Shown here piece by piece: positions 43,513 to 52,885 of a stretch of 64,000 bases of DNA (within the stretch, counting starts at the first letter, position 1; the number at the start of each line of letters is the position of its first letter). The stretch is from Thermoplasmata archaeon (GTDB taxonomy: Archaea > Thermoplasmatota > Thermoplasmata > Lutacidiplasmatales > UBA184). A program made the translations under genes and the position numbers. Under the pieces are notes generated by a model. The model ran no database searches and was not told the origin of the DNA. It was given only the letters and a program-made list of their open reading frames with translations. The stretch is taken from NCBI GenBank assembly GCA_027315455.1, contig DAHUXZ010000003.1, positions 36,484 through 100,483 on the forward strand, read 5' to 3'.

Positions 43513-44322
43513 ATGTGGCCGGACCGCTACCCCGGCCGAATGCCGCGCCCCGAGGAGCTGCTCTTCCCGACCCGGAAGGAGCGGTTCGAGGACCGACGCA
43601 AGGAGCGCGAGCACCGCAAGCTCGCGGGGGAGTTCTTCGACCATCCGACCCTGCTCGCGGTCTCCCGCCTCATCAGCCAGGGCCAGTTCGAGTCGCTCGA
43701 GTTCCCGATATCGACGGGAAAGGAGGGCGGCGTCTTCCGGGCGACGGGTCCGGGCGGTTTCCGCGCGGTCAAGGTCTACCGGATCGGCAACGCGATCTTC
43801 CGCCGCCTCCCCCCGCACGCGCTCGAGGACCTCCGACGCGAGGCGAGCGTCCGCAACTACGCTCGCCTCGTCTACGCGTGGACCCGGCGCGAGTACACGA
43901 CCCTCGGGCGCCTGTACGATGCGCACGTGCGCGTCCCCCAGCCCTACGGGTTCCTGCGGAACGTCCTCGTGATGGAGTTCATCGGCGTCGGGGGGCTCCC
44001 GTGCCCGCGCGTGCGGGACGCCGTGATCCCCGACCCGACGGTGTTCTACGCAGACCTGACCGAGCAGATGCACCGCATGACCGTCGAGGCGAAACTGGTC
44101 CACGGCGACCTCTCCCCGTACAACGTCCTGCTGGGCGAGGACGGCCGCGCCGTGCTCATCGACGTGGCCTCCTCGGTCGCGACGGACCATCCCCAGGCGG
44201 CCGGCCTGCTCCGGCGCGACACCGCCCACTTCGCCCGCTTCCTCAAGAAGCTGGGTATCGATACGTCGCCGGAGGAGCTGTTCGCGCGCGCGGGCGGGAA
44301 CGAGCTCCCCCACGGAGGCTGA
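43513..44322 (+). CDS. RIO-type serine protein kinase
   Basis: ISTGKEGGVFRA, AVKVYR, VMEFIG, LVHGDLSPYNVLL, VLIDV. Confidence 0.9.
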   Translation: MWPDRYPGRMPRPEELLFPTRKERFEDRRKEREHRKLAGEFFDHPTLLAVSRLISQGQFESLEFPISTGKEGGVFRATGPGGFRAVKVYRIGNAIFRRLPPHALEDLRREASVRNYARLVYAWTRREYTTLGRLYDAHVRVPQPYGFLRNVLVMEFIGVGGLPCPRVRDAVIPDPTVFYADLTEQMHRMTVEAKLVHGDLSPYNVLLGEDGRAVLIDVASSVATDHPQAAGLLRRDTAHFARFLKKLGIDTSPEELFARAGGNELPHGG

Positions 44323-44324
44323 CG

Positions 44325-44894
44325 GTGCCGGTCCTCTACGCCCGGATCCCCGACGACCGGCTCGGGGTGCTCATCGGCTCCGGCGGGGGGACGAAGCGCG
44401 ACATTGAGTCGCGGACCCGCACGCACATCGAGATCGACCCCGAGGACGGCGAGGTCCGCATCGCGTCGGTCGACGAGGGGGATCCGGTCGGCGCCATGCT
44501 GGCCCGCGACCTGGTCCTCGCCATCGGCCGCGGGTTCTCTCCGGCCCGGGCCGAACGTCTGTTCCGGCCCGACACCTACCTCGGGATCATTGACATCAAG
44601 CGCGTCACCGGACGACGCGAGAAGGCCTCCCTCTGGCGGATCCGCTCCCGGCTGATCGGCGAGCGAGGCAAGGCGCGGACCCGCATCGAGGAGCTCTCGG
44701 GGGCCTCGGTGAGCGTCTACGGGGGGACCGTCGCCGTCATCGGCCGGGAGCGGGAGCTCGAGTCGGCGACCCGGGCCGTCGAGCTGTTACTGCGGGGGAG
44801 CGAGCACGCCGCCGTCTTCCACATGCTCGCCCGTTCCCGGCGCGAGCAGGCCGCCGAGGAGGCGGTCGCGCCGTCCCTTCCCGACGAGGGCTGA
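44325..44894 (+). CDS. KH-domain RNA-binding protein (two KH modules, Dim2/Pno1-like)
   Basis: GVLIGSGGGTKRDIE and RLIGERGKARTRIEE GxxG loops. GTG start 2 nt after the RIO stop. Confidence 0.8.
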   Translation: MPVLYARIPDDRLGVLIGSGGGTKRDIESRTRTHIEIDPEDGEVRIASVDEGDPVGAMLARDLVLAIGRGFSPARAERLFRPDTYLGIIDIKRVTGRREKASLWRIRSRLIGERGKARTRIEELSGASVSVYGGTVAVIGRERELESATRAVELLLRGSEHAAVFHMLARSRREQAAEEAVAPSLPDEG

Positions 44895-44896
44895 GC

Positions 44897-46138
44897 GTGG
44901 CCAAGACCGTCGCGCTCGAGGGGCGGACCCTCGCCTGGGCGCGGGCGGAGTTCGCCCGCTACTACGCGTCGGTCCACGTCGAGCCCCCGTCGCGGTTCGC
45001 CCGCCGCGAGTTCGCGTGGTTCCCGTTCGGCGGCGAGACCGCGATGCGCCGCCACCTCGCCCTGCGCTCCGTCGAGGAGTTCCACCACCTCCTCGAGCGG
45101 GACGTTCCGCGGCACGTCTACTACTCCTCGGCGTACTACCGTATCCCGGACCATCCCAAGATGGACGGCAAGGAGTGGCTCGGGGCGGACGTGATCTTCG
45201 ACCTGGACGCGGACCACCTGCGGCAGGCGGCCGGGCGCGACTACGCCGGCCAGCTCGCCCTCGTCAAGGAGAAGGTCGCGGCCCTCCTCGACGACTTCCT
45301 CTTCGGGGACTTCGGCGTCTCGCCCGAGGCGACGCGGCTCGTCTTCTCCGGCGGCCGCGGCTACCACGTTCACCTCCTGGACGAGAAGTTCCTCGGGCTC
45401 ACCAGCCCCGAGCGCCGCGAGCTGGTCGAGTACATCGAGGGGAGCGGGTTCGATCCGGCCGACGCGGTCCGGGCCTCTCGCGGGCCGGCGGCCCCCGACG
45501 CCGAGGAGGGATTGCGGCCACGGGGGCCGGGCCGGGCGTTCAAGAGCCTCTACCCGCCCGATGCTCCGGGCTGGCGGGGCCGGACCTCGCGCTCCGTCGT
45601 CCGCCTTCTCTCCCGATGGGAGTCCGCGGGGGCGGACTCGGCCGCCGAGGAGCTCGAGCGGGCCGGGGTCACGCGGGGGAAGGCCCGGCACTTGGCGCGC
45701 CTCCTGGTCACCGGCGGGAAGGCCGCGGCGATCCGGGAGAGCTTGTCCTTGGACGTGTTCCCGCGGGAGATCCCCCGCGAGCTGCTGGAGGTCGTCCTGC
45801 GCCAGGCCGCCATCGAGGTCCAGGGGGAGACCGATGCGCCGGTGACGACGGACATCCACCGGCTCATCCGACTCCCCGGCTCTCTCCACGGCGGGACCGG
45901 GTTCCGGGTCGTCCCGTTGACCCGGGAGCGGCTAAACGCCTTCGACCCGTTCCGCGATGCCCGCATCCCGGCCCGGACCGACGAGGTCTCGGTCGGGCTC
46001 ACCGACCGCGTCGACTATCCGTTCCCCGATGGCCCGGTGCGCGGGGACGCGGGCGACGTCGTCTCGCTGCCCGTAGCCGAAGCGCTGTTCCTCACGCTGC
46101 GGGGGCAGGCGGAGCTTCGGCCCGGATCGGGACCGTGA
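44897..46138 (+). CDS. priS: DNA primase small (catalytic) subunit
   Basis: REFAWFPFGG...MRRHL, HVYYSSAYY, VIFDLDADH, FSGGRGYHVH. Confidence 0.9.
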   Translation: MAKTVALEGRTLAWARAEFARYYASVHVEPPSRFARREFAWFPFGGETAMRRHLALRSVEEFHHLLERDVPRHVYYSSAYYRIPDHPKMDGKEWLGADVIFDLDADHLRQAAGRDYAGQLALVKEKVAALLDDFLFGDFGVSPEATRLVFSGGRGYHVHLLDEKFLGLTSPERRELVEYIEGSGFDPADAVRASRGPAAPDAEEGLRPRGPGRAFKSLYPPDAPGWRGRTSRSVVRLLSRWESAGADSAAEELERAGVTRGKARHLARLLVTGGKAAAIRESLSLDVFPREIPRELLEVVLRQAAIEVQGETDAPVTTDIHRLIRLPGSLHGGTGFRVVPLTRERLNAFDPFRDARIPARTDEVSVGLTDRVDYPFPDGPVRGDAGDVVSLPVAEALFLTLRGQAELRPGSGP

Positions 46139-47078
46139 GCCGGCCGATCCGTTCGATCGTCCCCTCGACGGTCTCGCCGGCCCTGAGCCGCCGGCTCTCC
46201 TTCCCGAACTCGAAGCCCGGGGTCCCGCCGAGCGTGCCGAGCGAGATGACGTCGCCCGGCTCAAGGGTGACGCCCTTCGACAGGTGCGCGAGGATCTCCG
46301 GGATCCGAAACAGGTAGTCGCCCGTGTCGCCGCTCTGGCGGACCGTCTCCCCGACCTTGAGCTCCATCTTGAGGGGGTACGGCTCGCCGACCTCCTCCTT
46401 CGGCACGACCCAGGGCCCGACCGCCATCGACGCGTCGAACCCCTTGCCCATCACCCAGTCGGTCGCCCCGCCCTCGGGCGGGTACTGGAGGTCGCGGTAG
46501 CCCATGTCGAGGGCGATGGTGTAGCCCGCGACGAAGTCGAACGCCTTCGCGGCGCTGATGTGCTTGCCGCGCTGACCGATCACCGCCGCGAGCTCGACCT
46601 CGACGTCGGGGAAGGTCCCCGCGGTGTGGAGCACGAGCGGCTCCCCCGGCCCGCTGAGGCTGTTGAAGAAGCGCGTGAAGAAGTACGGGCGGGCGGGCGG
46701 TGCACGGTTCTGCTCCGCGAGGTGGCTGCGGGAGTTCGCGGCGAGGCAGTAGATCTTCGCGCCGCTCGACACCGGTGCGAGGAGACGGATCCCCTCCTCC
46801 GGCTTGAACAGGAACCGGGCCCCCGTCGCGGCGCGGGGGGTCCAGCCCGCCTTGCGGCGGCGGTCGATGTACTCGAGGATCTTCCGGCTGAGCTGCACCG
46901 AATCGGCCCCACCCGCGAAGAACTGGCGCATGTCGCGGAAGCGGCTCGGGTCCGCTCCCTTGACCGGGTTCACCCCGAAGTAGTCGCGGCAGGCGGTGTC
47001 GAGGTCGATGTACTCGTTCGCATCGGTGATCATGCCGAAGTGGAACTGGTCGCTCAGGAGGAAGTGCACGAGCTTCAC
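46092..47078 (-). CDS. Fumarylacetoacetate hydrolase (FAH) family protein
   Basis: EVELAAVIG, GYTIALDM..RD, KGFD, GDVISLGTLGGT. Convergent 47-nt overlap with the priS 3' end. Confidence 0.85.
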   Translation of the reverse strand: MKLVHFLLSDQFHFGMITDANEYIDLDTACRDYFGVNPVKGADPSRFRDMRQFFAGGADSVQLSRKILEYIDRRRKAGWTPRAATGARFLFKPEEGIRLLAPVSSGAKIYCLAANSRSHLAEQNRAPPARPYFFTRFFNSLSGPGEPLVLHTAGTFPDVEVELAAVIGQRGKHISAAKAFDFVAGYTIALDMGYRDLQYPPEGGATDWVMGKGFDASMAVGPWVVPKEEVGEPYPLKMELKVGETVRQSGDTGDYLFRIPEILAHLSKGVTLEPGDVISLGTLGGTPGFEFGKESRRLRAGETVEGTIERIGRLTVPIRAEAPPAPAA

Positions 47079-47208
47079 GCCGACCGGCCTCGGCGCCCGG
47101 AGCCGCCGTTGAGCATAAGCGTGCCCCGCCGGAGGCGCGGTCCCTCCCCGCCGGTCGAACCTACGGCTTTAGAGGGGGCCCCGGCCTGCCGGACCCGGGA
47201 GGCGGCCG

Positions 47209-47781
47209 GTGGACGTAGCGCGACGCCGTCGGGGCCACGGTCCCCTGCGCGCGGCCGTGGTCGCCGCGCTCGTCGCGGCGTTCGCGGTGGCGGCCGGATG
47301 GGCGGCGGCCGCGTCCTTGCGGGTCGTCCATGCGAGCGCGGAGCGGGCGTCCGGGGTCGACATCGGTCTCGGCGGCCTACCGAGCTGGTGGACCGGCTTT
47401 CGGGTCCTCTCGGCGGCCGTCCCTCCCGTCGTCCCCTCTTCGCTCAACACCACGGCCGCAGCGCCGACCCATCTTCCGGCAGCGAACGTCTCCTACCTGC
47501 TCAACTCCGCATCGGCCGGCACCGCGGCGATCGCCATCGACTACCGCGAGAGCGTGACGGCCCCGGGCGGCGCGGAGGTCGAGCTGCGTTTCACTCTCTC
47601 CCTGACGGGTGGGCCGCCCGTTACGGTCCGCGGGTACATCGAGACCGGCACCTCGCCGCCGACGTTCCCGGTCCTCGTCCGCTTCCTCTTCGCGACCGGG
47701 CCGCTGACGCTCAGCGGCGCGACGATCCAGTCCGTCACGGTGTCTCCGCTCCTCTGCTCGGCGGTGGGGAGCTGCCCGTGA
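47209..47781 (+). CDS. Secreted/anchored hypothetical protein, paralog 1 of 3, C-terminus ...LLCSAVGSCP
   Basis: Basic N-terminus plus a hydrophobic helix. Shares PAxN.SYLLN..SG, EVEL.F, VTV.GY.E and terminal CxAxGxC blocks with the next two genes. Confidence 0.6.
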   Translation: MDVARRRRGHGPLRAAVVAALVAAFAVAAGWAAAASLRVVHASAERASGVDIGLGGLPSWWTGFRVLSAAVPPVVPSSLNTTAAAPTHLPAANVSYLLNSASAGTAAIAIDYRESVTAPGGAEVELRFTLSLTGGPPVTVRGYIETGTSPPTFPVLVRFLFATGPLTLSGATIQSVTVSPLLCSAVGSCP

Positions 47782-48317
47782 GCGGCCGACCTCGGCCCCC
47801 CCGGGGCCTTCTCGCCGTGCTCGCCGTCGCGGGCGTCGCCTTCGCCGTCGGAATGGCGCTCGGCGCGGCGACGATCTTCTCCGGGTCCGAGTCGGCGGGG
47901 GGCAGCGCCGAAACGGCCCAGGAGCTTCCGTGGCTGGCGGAGACGCTGGTGGCGCTCGGGGCCGTTCCCGGGCCGGTCCCGGTGAGCGCCGGCGCGACCG
48001 CCGCGTCCCCGACGCTCCTCCCCGCGACGAACGCCGTCTTCGAGCTGGGGTCGGGCACCGCGGGCCACTCGGCCATCCTCTGGAACCTGACCCTGCGCTC
48101 GGCGCCGGCCTCGACCGAGGTGGAGGTCACGGCGAGCGGGATGAACGCCTCCTCCGGGGTCCCTGTGACGGTGACCGCCTACCTGGAGTCGCCGGCGACG
48201 GCGACCACCGGGCCGTTCGTCATCAGCCTCTACCTCGACCTCGGTTTGTCGGGCGCGTCGCTCTCCTCCGCCTCCCTGCTCCTCCAGCAGTGCGCGGCGC
48301 TGGGGGCGTGCGCGTGA
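47778..48317 (+). CDS. Secreted/anchored hypothetical protein, paralog 2 of 3, C-terminus ...QQCAALGACA
   Basis: The GTG start overlaps the paralog 1 stop (GTGA). Same block structure. Confidence 0.55.
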   Translation: MSGRPRPPRGLLAVLAVAGVAFAVGMALGAATIFSGSESAGGSAETAQELPWLAETLVALGAVPGPVPVSAGATAASPTLLPATNAVFELGSGTAGHSAILWNLTLRSAPASTEVEVTASGMNASSGVPVTVTAYLESPATATTGPFVISLYLDLGLSGASLSSASLLLQQCAALGACA

Positions 48318-48350
48318 GCGCACGGACCGTTGCCGCGCCGAAACCACTCC

Positions 48351-48356
48351 TATATA
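48351..48356 (+). promoter_or_regulatory. TATATA box about 31 nt upstream of the paralog 3 ATG (48388)
   Basis: CACTCCTATATACCGGG, an isolated AT hexamer. Confidence 0.5.
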
Positions 48357-48387
48357 CCGGGGGCTTCCATGGCCCCCCCCGGTGTCC

Positions 48388-48948
48388 ATGAAGCGACCCT
48401 CCCTCCCCACCCAGGCGGTGTATGTGGCGACGTTCCTCGCAGCGGCGGCGTTCATCGGCGGATTCGCCCTCGCCGGCGCCCTGACGGTCAACCAGGGTTC
48501 CCCGGAGGCCGCGGGGGGCAACTACGAGTCCACGACCGCGATCTCCTGGTGGAGCCAGGCCGGCGTCGGGCTCACCACGGTTCCGTCGACCCTCCCCGCC
48601 TCGCTCACGGCGACAACGGCCGCCGCGCCCCAGACCCTCCCCGCGTCGGCGACGAGCTACCTCATCAACGCCGGCACGTCCGGCGACCTCGCGCACTATT
48701 TCGCCATGACCGAGGCCGCGGGAGCCCCGACCGGTACCGAGGTCGAGCTGACGTTCTCCGTCTCGACGGGGACGACCCCGACACTCACCCAGGTCACCGT
48801 CTACGTGGAGTCCCCCTCGACCTCGCCGACGACGGCGACCCAGTTCACGTTCGAGTACGACCTCGGGTCGGCCGCGACCGCCAGCATCGTCCTCAACAGC
48901 GTCCAGCAGGTCTCCCAGGTCTGCCCTGCCGTCGGCACCTGCCCGTAG
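48388..48948 (+). CDS. Secreted/anchored hypothetical protein, paralog 3 of 3, C-terminus ...QVCPAVGTCP
   Basis: MKRPSLPTQAVYVATFLAAAAFIGGFALAG followed by the shared blocks. The ORF-track start at 48382 (GTG) is an alternative. Confidence 0.6.
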   Translation: MKRPSLPTQAVYVATFLAAAAFIGGFALAGALTVNQGSPEAAGGNYESTTAISWWSQAGVGLTTVPSTLPASLTATTAAAPQTLPASATSYLINAGTSGDLAHYFAMTEAAGAPTGTEVELTFSVSTGTTPTLTQVTVYVESPSTSPTTATQFTFEYDLGSAATASIVLNSVQQVSQVCPAVGTCP

Positions 48949-48949
48949 G

Positions 48950-49609
48950 GTGGGGTCGGGGGCGGAAGGGACCGATCCCGTGGGGCGGTCGCTCCGCCTC
49001 CGGGCCGCGTTCCCGCTCCTCGTCCTCGGCGGCGCCGGCGCCGGGCTCGCGGCCTACCTCCGCACGGGCCCCGCGGCGTCGGGCCACACGCTCCTCCCCC
49101 TCTGGGTCCTCGCCCTCGGCATCGGGGTGATCGCCCTGGGCGGGGCGGCCGTCCTCCTGCTCGCCGCGGCCCCCGCTCCCACGGCTCCCCTTCCGTCCGA
49201 GCCGGATGTCGTAATCGTCCCCCGGACCGAGTGGGAGCGCCTCGTCTCGCGCGTGCGCACCCTCGCCGCCGCCGAGTCCCGGCCGACGGGCGAGCCGCCG
49301 GCTCCCCCGTCGTGGCCGACCTCGCCGGCGGCCCCGTCCCCGCCGCCGCCGGGCCCGGAACCGCCGTCGACGGGGTCGGGCGGTTCCACGGCCGTCCCTT
49401 CGACCGCCGCGGCCCCGGCCGGGTCCCCCCCGCGCTCCCGCCCGATGATCGAAGGCCCGAGCTGCGCGACCTGCGGCCGGACCGTGCCCGCCCGCGCCGC
49501 CTGGCGCGGCTGCGTCGTCTGCCGCCGGCCCCTGTGCACGGACTGCCTCACGGCCTCGGTGCGGGAGCGGGGCGCGAGCTACTGCGCCGCGTGCGCGGCC
49601 ACGGCGTGA
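48950..49609 (+). CDS. 2-TM membrane protein with Pro-rich linker and C-terminal Cys-rich zinc-ribbon-like domain
   Basis: Helices FPLLVLGGAGAGLAAYL and LPLWVLALGIGVIALGGAAVLLLAAA. C-terminus CATCG...CVVCRRPLCTDC...YCAACA. Confidence 0.55.
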   Translation: MGSGAEGTDPVGRSLRLRAAFPLLVLGGAGAGLAAYLRTGPAASGHTLLPLWVLALGIGVIALGGAAVLLLAAAPAPTAPLPSEPDVVIVPRTEWERLVSRVRTLAAAESRPTGEPPAPPSWPTSPAAPSPPPPGPEPPSTGSGGSTAVPSTAAAPAGSPPRSRPMIEGPSCATCGRTVPARAAWRGCVVCRRPLCTDCLTASVRERGASYCAACAATA

Positions 49610-50271
49610 GGGCTCGGACGGTACCGGAGGAGCGTGCCGGCGCCGAGGCGTTCGGCCGATTCCACGGTCAGGCCGACGGCGGACTCCGGCCCCGGGCACT
49701 CGGGACCGAGCATCAGCGACGGGGCCGTCGTCCCCCCGATGAGGACCGGCGCGACGTAGACGTAGAGGCGGTCGACGAGTCCGCCCCGGACGAAGCTCGC
49801 GATCACGCGCGCGCCGCCCTCGACCATCACCGACCGGACGCCGCGCGTCGCGAGGTGGGCGAGGAGCCGGCCCAAATCGACCTCGTTGACCCCGGACCGG
49901 AGGACCTCCACGTGCGAGGGGAACTCGCGGTCGCAGGCCCCGGCCGTCGCGACGAGGGTCGGGGCAAAGGCGTCGAGGACCCGCGCGCCGGCCGGGGTGC
50001 GCCCGCGCGAGTCGACGACGACCCTCAGCGGGGCGCCGCCGTGCGTCGCCCCGAGCAGCTCGGGCTTGACGCGGAGCGAGGGGTCATCGAGGAGGACGGT
50101 GCCGATCCCGACGAGGATCGCGTCCGACTCCGCGCGGAGGGCGTGGACCCGCTTGAGGTCCTCCGGGCCGGAGAGATGGGCGCGGCGGCCCTGCGCGTAG
50201 GCAAGTCGCCCGTCCACCGAGACGGCGCAGTTGACGATCACCCGCGGCCGGGCGGGATCGCCGGACACCAT
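49579..50271 (-). CDS. 2,5-diamino-6-ribosylamino-4(3H)-pyrimidinone 5'-phosphate reductase (RibD C-terminal domain family)
   Basis: VIVNCAVSVDGRLA, ILVGIGTVLLDDPSL, MVEGGARV, LYVYVAPVLIGG. Confidence 0.85.
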   Translation of the reverse strand: MVSGDPARPRVIVNCAVSVDGRLAYAQGRRAHLSGPEDLKRVHALRAESDAILVGIGTVLLDDPSLRVKPELLGATHGGAPLRVVVDSRGRTPAGARVLDAFAPTLVATAGACDREFPSHVEVLRSGVNEVDLGRLLAHLATRGVRSVMVEGGARVIASFVRGGLVDRLYVYVAPVLIGGTTAPSLMLGPECPGPESAVGLTVESAERLGAGTLLRYRPSPHAVAAHAAQ

Positions 50272-50276
50272 CGTCC

Positions 50277-51767
50277 TCAGGGGCCCGCGCGCTGCAGCGC
50301 ATCGCGCTCGGCCCTAAGGTCGTCGCAGGGGAATCCGTTGGCGGCGAGGTCGTCCAGGTTGATCGTCACGTTCGCGAGCGCTCCGCTGCGCGCCGCCCCG
50401 AGCAGCCCGAGGGCGGTCGTGTGGTCGCTCGCGATCGTCGCCTTGACCTTCGGGGCGATCGCTACGAGCCGGGCCCGGGCCTGCTCGGCCAGGCGCGCGC
50501 AGCCGAGGGGCACCTCGGCCGCGCGGCGAAGGGCGGCGCCCCACGCCTCGCGGGCGGCGGCGTCGTCCGGGGCCTCCTTGCGGCGCCGTCGGGCGGCGCG
50601 GACCTCCTCGAACGCGCGACTGTCCTCGTCGACGAGGCGGAGGAGCTCAGCGCGGTCGCGCCCGAGCTCGTCCCGGGCGGCGCGCAGCTCCGGATCCGGC
50701 GCCTCGGCGCGGTCCGAGTAGGCGATCACCATCTCCCCGAGAGCCACGCCGAACGCCCCGGCCGCCGCGGCCGCGCTCCCGCCGCCGGGGGTCGGGGTCC
50801 GCGCCGCGAGGCGCGCGGCGAAGTCGGTGAGCGCCATTCCCGCCAGCGACTCGGCCCCCGGCGCGGCTTTCCGCCCGGCGAGCTTCCGCTCGAGGAGGGC
50901 GGCGCGGTCGAAGCGGTTGAGCTGGAGGTAGTACTCGGCCGCGTCCAGGAGCGCGTCCTCGGGCACGAGGCCGACGATCTCGGACTCCTCGACGCCGACG
51001 CCGTAGCGCGCCGCCTCCCGACGGACCGCCTCGAGGGCCCGGTACACGGGGGTGCGGCGGTAGTCGGTGAGGTTCATCGAGACCTGCGCCCGCGCGCGCT
51101 CGGCGATCTCGAACCCCTTCGCCTTGACCTCGACGAGCCCGCCGTCCCGCCCGCGGATCGCGTGGGCGATCTTCTTCGCGACGGCGACGTCGGCGGTGGT
51201 GAGGTAGGCGTTGTACGCGATCAGGACCGGGCGGGCCCCGATCGCGACGATCCCGGCCGTCGGGTGGACGCGCGGCTCCCCGACGTCGGGCCGACGCGCG
51301 GGGTCCGTGGCGATCGACGCCCGTATCCCCTCGAACTCGCCACGGCGGACGACGGCGAGGTCCGACCGCTCCGGCACCCGGGCCGCGGCCGCGTAGAGAT
51401 AGACGGGGACCTCGAGCTCCTTCCAGACCCGGGCGGCGAGCGCCTCGGCGAGCGCGACCGCCTCCTCCATCGTCGCCGTGCCGAACGGAACGAACGGGAC
51501 GACGTCGACGGCCCCCATCCTCGGGTGCTCGCCGCGGTGGTGGTTGAGGTCGATCGTCCGGACGGCCTCCCGCATCATCCCGAAGACGGCCTCGGAGAGC
51601 GGTCCCCCCTCCCCCGCGAGGCTCACGACGCTGCGGTGGTGGCTCGCGTCCATCTCGACGTCGAGGACCTCGACCCCCGCCACGCGGCGCGCCTCGGCGA
51701 CGATCCGGTCGACCTTCGCCGTGTCCCGCCCCTCGGAAAAGTTGGGCACTGCCTCGAACAGCTTCAT
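50277..51767 (-). CDS. Glutamate formimidoyltransferase fused to formimidoyltetrahydrofolate cyclodeaminase
   Basis: MKLFEAVPNFSEGRD, HHRSV, GAVDVVPFVP. C-terminal domain PTPGGGSAAAAAGAFGVALGEMV. Confidence 0.9.
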   Translation of the reverse strand: MKLFEAVPNFSEGRDTAKVDRIVAEARRVAGVEVLDVEMDASHHRSVVSLAGEGGPLSEAVFGMMREAVRTIDLNHHRGEHPRMGAVDVVPFVPFGTATMEEAVALAEALAARVWKELEVPVYLYAAAARVPERSDLAVVRRGEFEGIRASIATDPARRPDVGEPRVHPTAGIVAIGARPVLIAYNAYLTTADVAVAKKIAHAIRGRDGGLVEVKAKGFEIAERARAQVSMNLTDYRRTPVYRALEAVRREAARYGVGVEESEIVGLVPEDALLDAAEYYLQLNRFDRAALLERKLAGRKAAPGAESLAGMALTDFAARLAARTPTPGGGSAAAAAGAFGVALGEMVIAYSDRAEAPDPELRAARDELGRDRAELLRLVDEDSRAFEEVRAARRRRKEAPDDAAAREAWGAALRRAAEVPLGCARLAEQARARLVAIAPKVKATIASDHTTALGLLGAARSGALANVTINLDDLAANGFPCDDLRAERDALQRAGP

Positions 51768-52798
51768 GGAGCGTCCCCCCCGAACGCCTCGATCAGCGTC
51801 TGGCGTCCGTGGTTCTCCGCCGGCGACGCCGCGACGGGCGGCCGGCGGCGGGCACGCCCGATGGCGGCGCGGATCCGCTCCGGGGAGAACCCGTGACCCT
51901 CGACGAGGAGGCGCTCCACGGCCCCGTCGTCGACCGGCCCGAACACCGGCGGCGGCACCTCGGCGACCTCCGGGTGGCGGAAGACCTCGGCCACGGGGGT
52001 GAGCTCGGCCGCATCGAGCCCCGCCGCGGCGAGGGTCGCCTCCCACCCGAGATGCCGGCGAACGAGCGTGAGGGCCTTCTTCGGCCCCACGCCGGGGGCC
52101 CCGTCGTTGAAGTCCGTCCCCACGAGGAGGCCGATGAGGAGCAGCTCCTCGGAGGAGATCCCGAGCGCGGCGAGGAGCTCCGCACGGTCGATCACCTGGG
52201 CCCCGGGCGAGCCGCTCCGCTGGCCCCGGGCCGCGAGGCCCCGAACGAGGCGGGGCGCCCCGAAGAGGAGACAGTCGTAGTCCTCGCTCGCGGCGGCCCA
52301 TGCCTGGCCCTGGGCGGCCATCGCGGCGGCCTGGGCCTCCCCCTCGGACGGCGCGCGGATGACGGGGACGCCGAGCGCCGTCAGGAGCTCCTGGCACTCC
52401 TCGGCCATGCCGCGGGTCAGCCGGGAGGTCGCCGCGGCCTTCCGCTTCGCCGTCTCGAGGTCCCCGGCGGCGAGCGCCTCCTTCCACTCGGACTCGGCGC
52501 GCTCCTTCGCGACGAACCGGGCCCGGAGCGTCCCGGCCTTGAGGTCCGGGGGCCGGCCGTCGAACACCCAGATCGGGAGGACGCCCTGCCCGAGCAGGGC
52601 CGTCGTGCGGTAGAAGACGCCGATCAAGTGGCTCGTCGGGCGTCCCGCCGCGTCGGAGAACGGCTGTCCATCGCGCTGGCGGATCGTCGCGAGGAACTGG
52701 TAGATCGCGTTGTAGGCATCGACGGCCAGCCGACGGCCCGCGAGCGCCGGCCAGTCGAGCTGCTGGGGGCTCACGAGGTCCCGGAACGGCAACCCCAC
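51764..52798 (-). CDS. fen: Flap endonuclease 1
   Basis: (V)GLPFRDLV...LAVDAYNAIYQFL, PIWVFDG.PP..K, APSEGEAQAA, SEDYDCLLFG, and a GTDFN..APGVGPKKAL H3TH. GTG start at 52798. ATGA overlap with the downstream gene. Confidence 0.9.
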   Translation of the reverse strand: MGLPFRDLVSPQQLDWPALAGRRLAVDAYNAIYQFLATIRQRDGQPFSDAAGRPTSHLIGVFYRTTALLGQGVLPIWVFDGRPPDLKAGTLRARFVAKERAESEWKEALAAGDLETAKRKAAATSRLTRGMAEECQELLTALGVPVIRAPSEGEAQAAAMAAQGQAWAAASEDYDCLLFGAPRLVRGLAARGQRSGSPGAQVIDRAELLAALGISSEELLLIGLLVGTDFNDGAPGVGPKKALTLVRRHLGWEATLAAAGLDAAELTPVAEVFRHPEVAEVPPPVFGPVDDGAVERLLVEGHGFSPERIRAAIGRARRRPPVAASPAENHGRQTLIEAFGGDAP

Positions 52799-52885
52799 GG
52801 CGGCCGGGAACGGGGGTAAGTACTTGGCCCTTTGTGCGCCGCGGTCGACCGAATGCTCATGTAGAGCGCGGACCGTGACGGGGCC

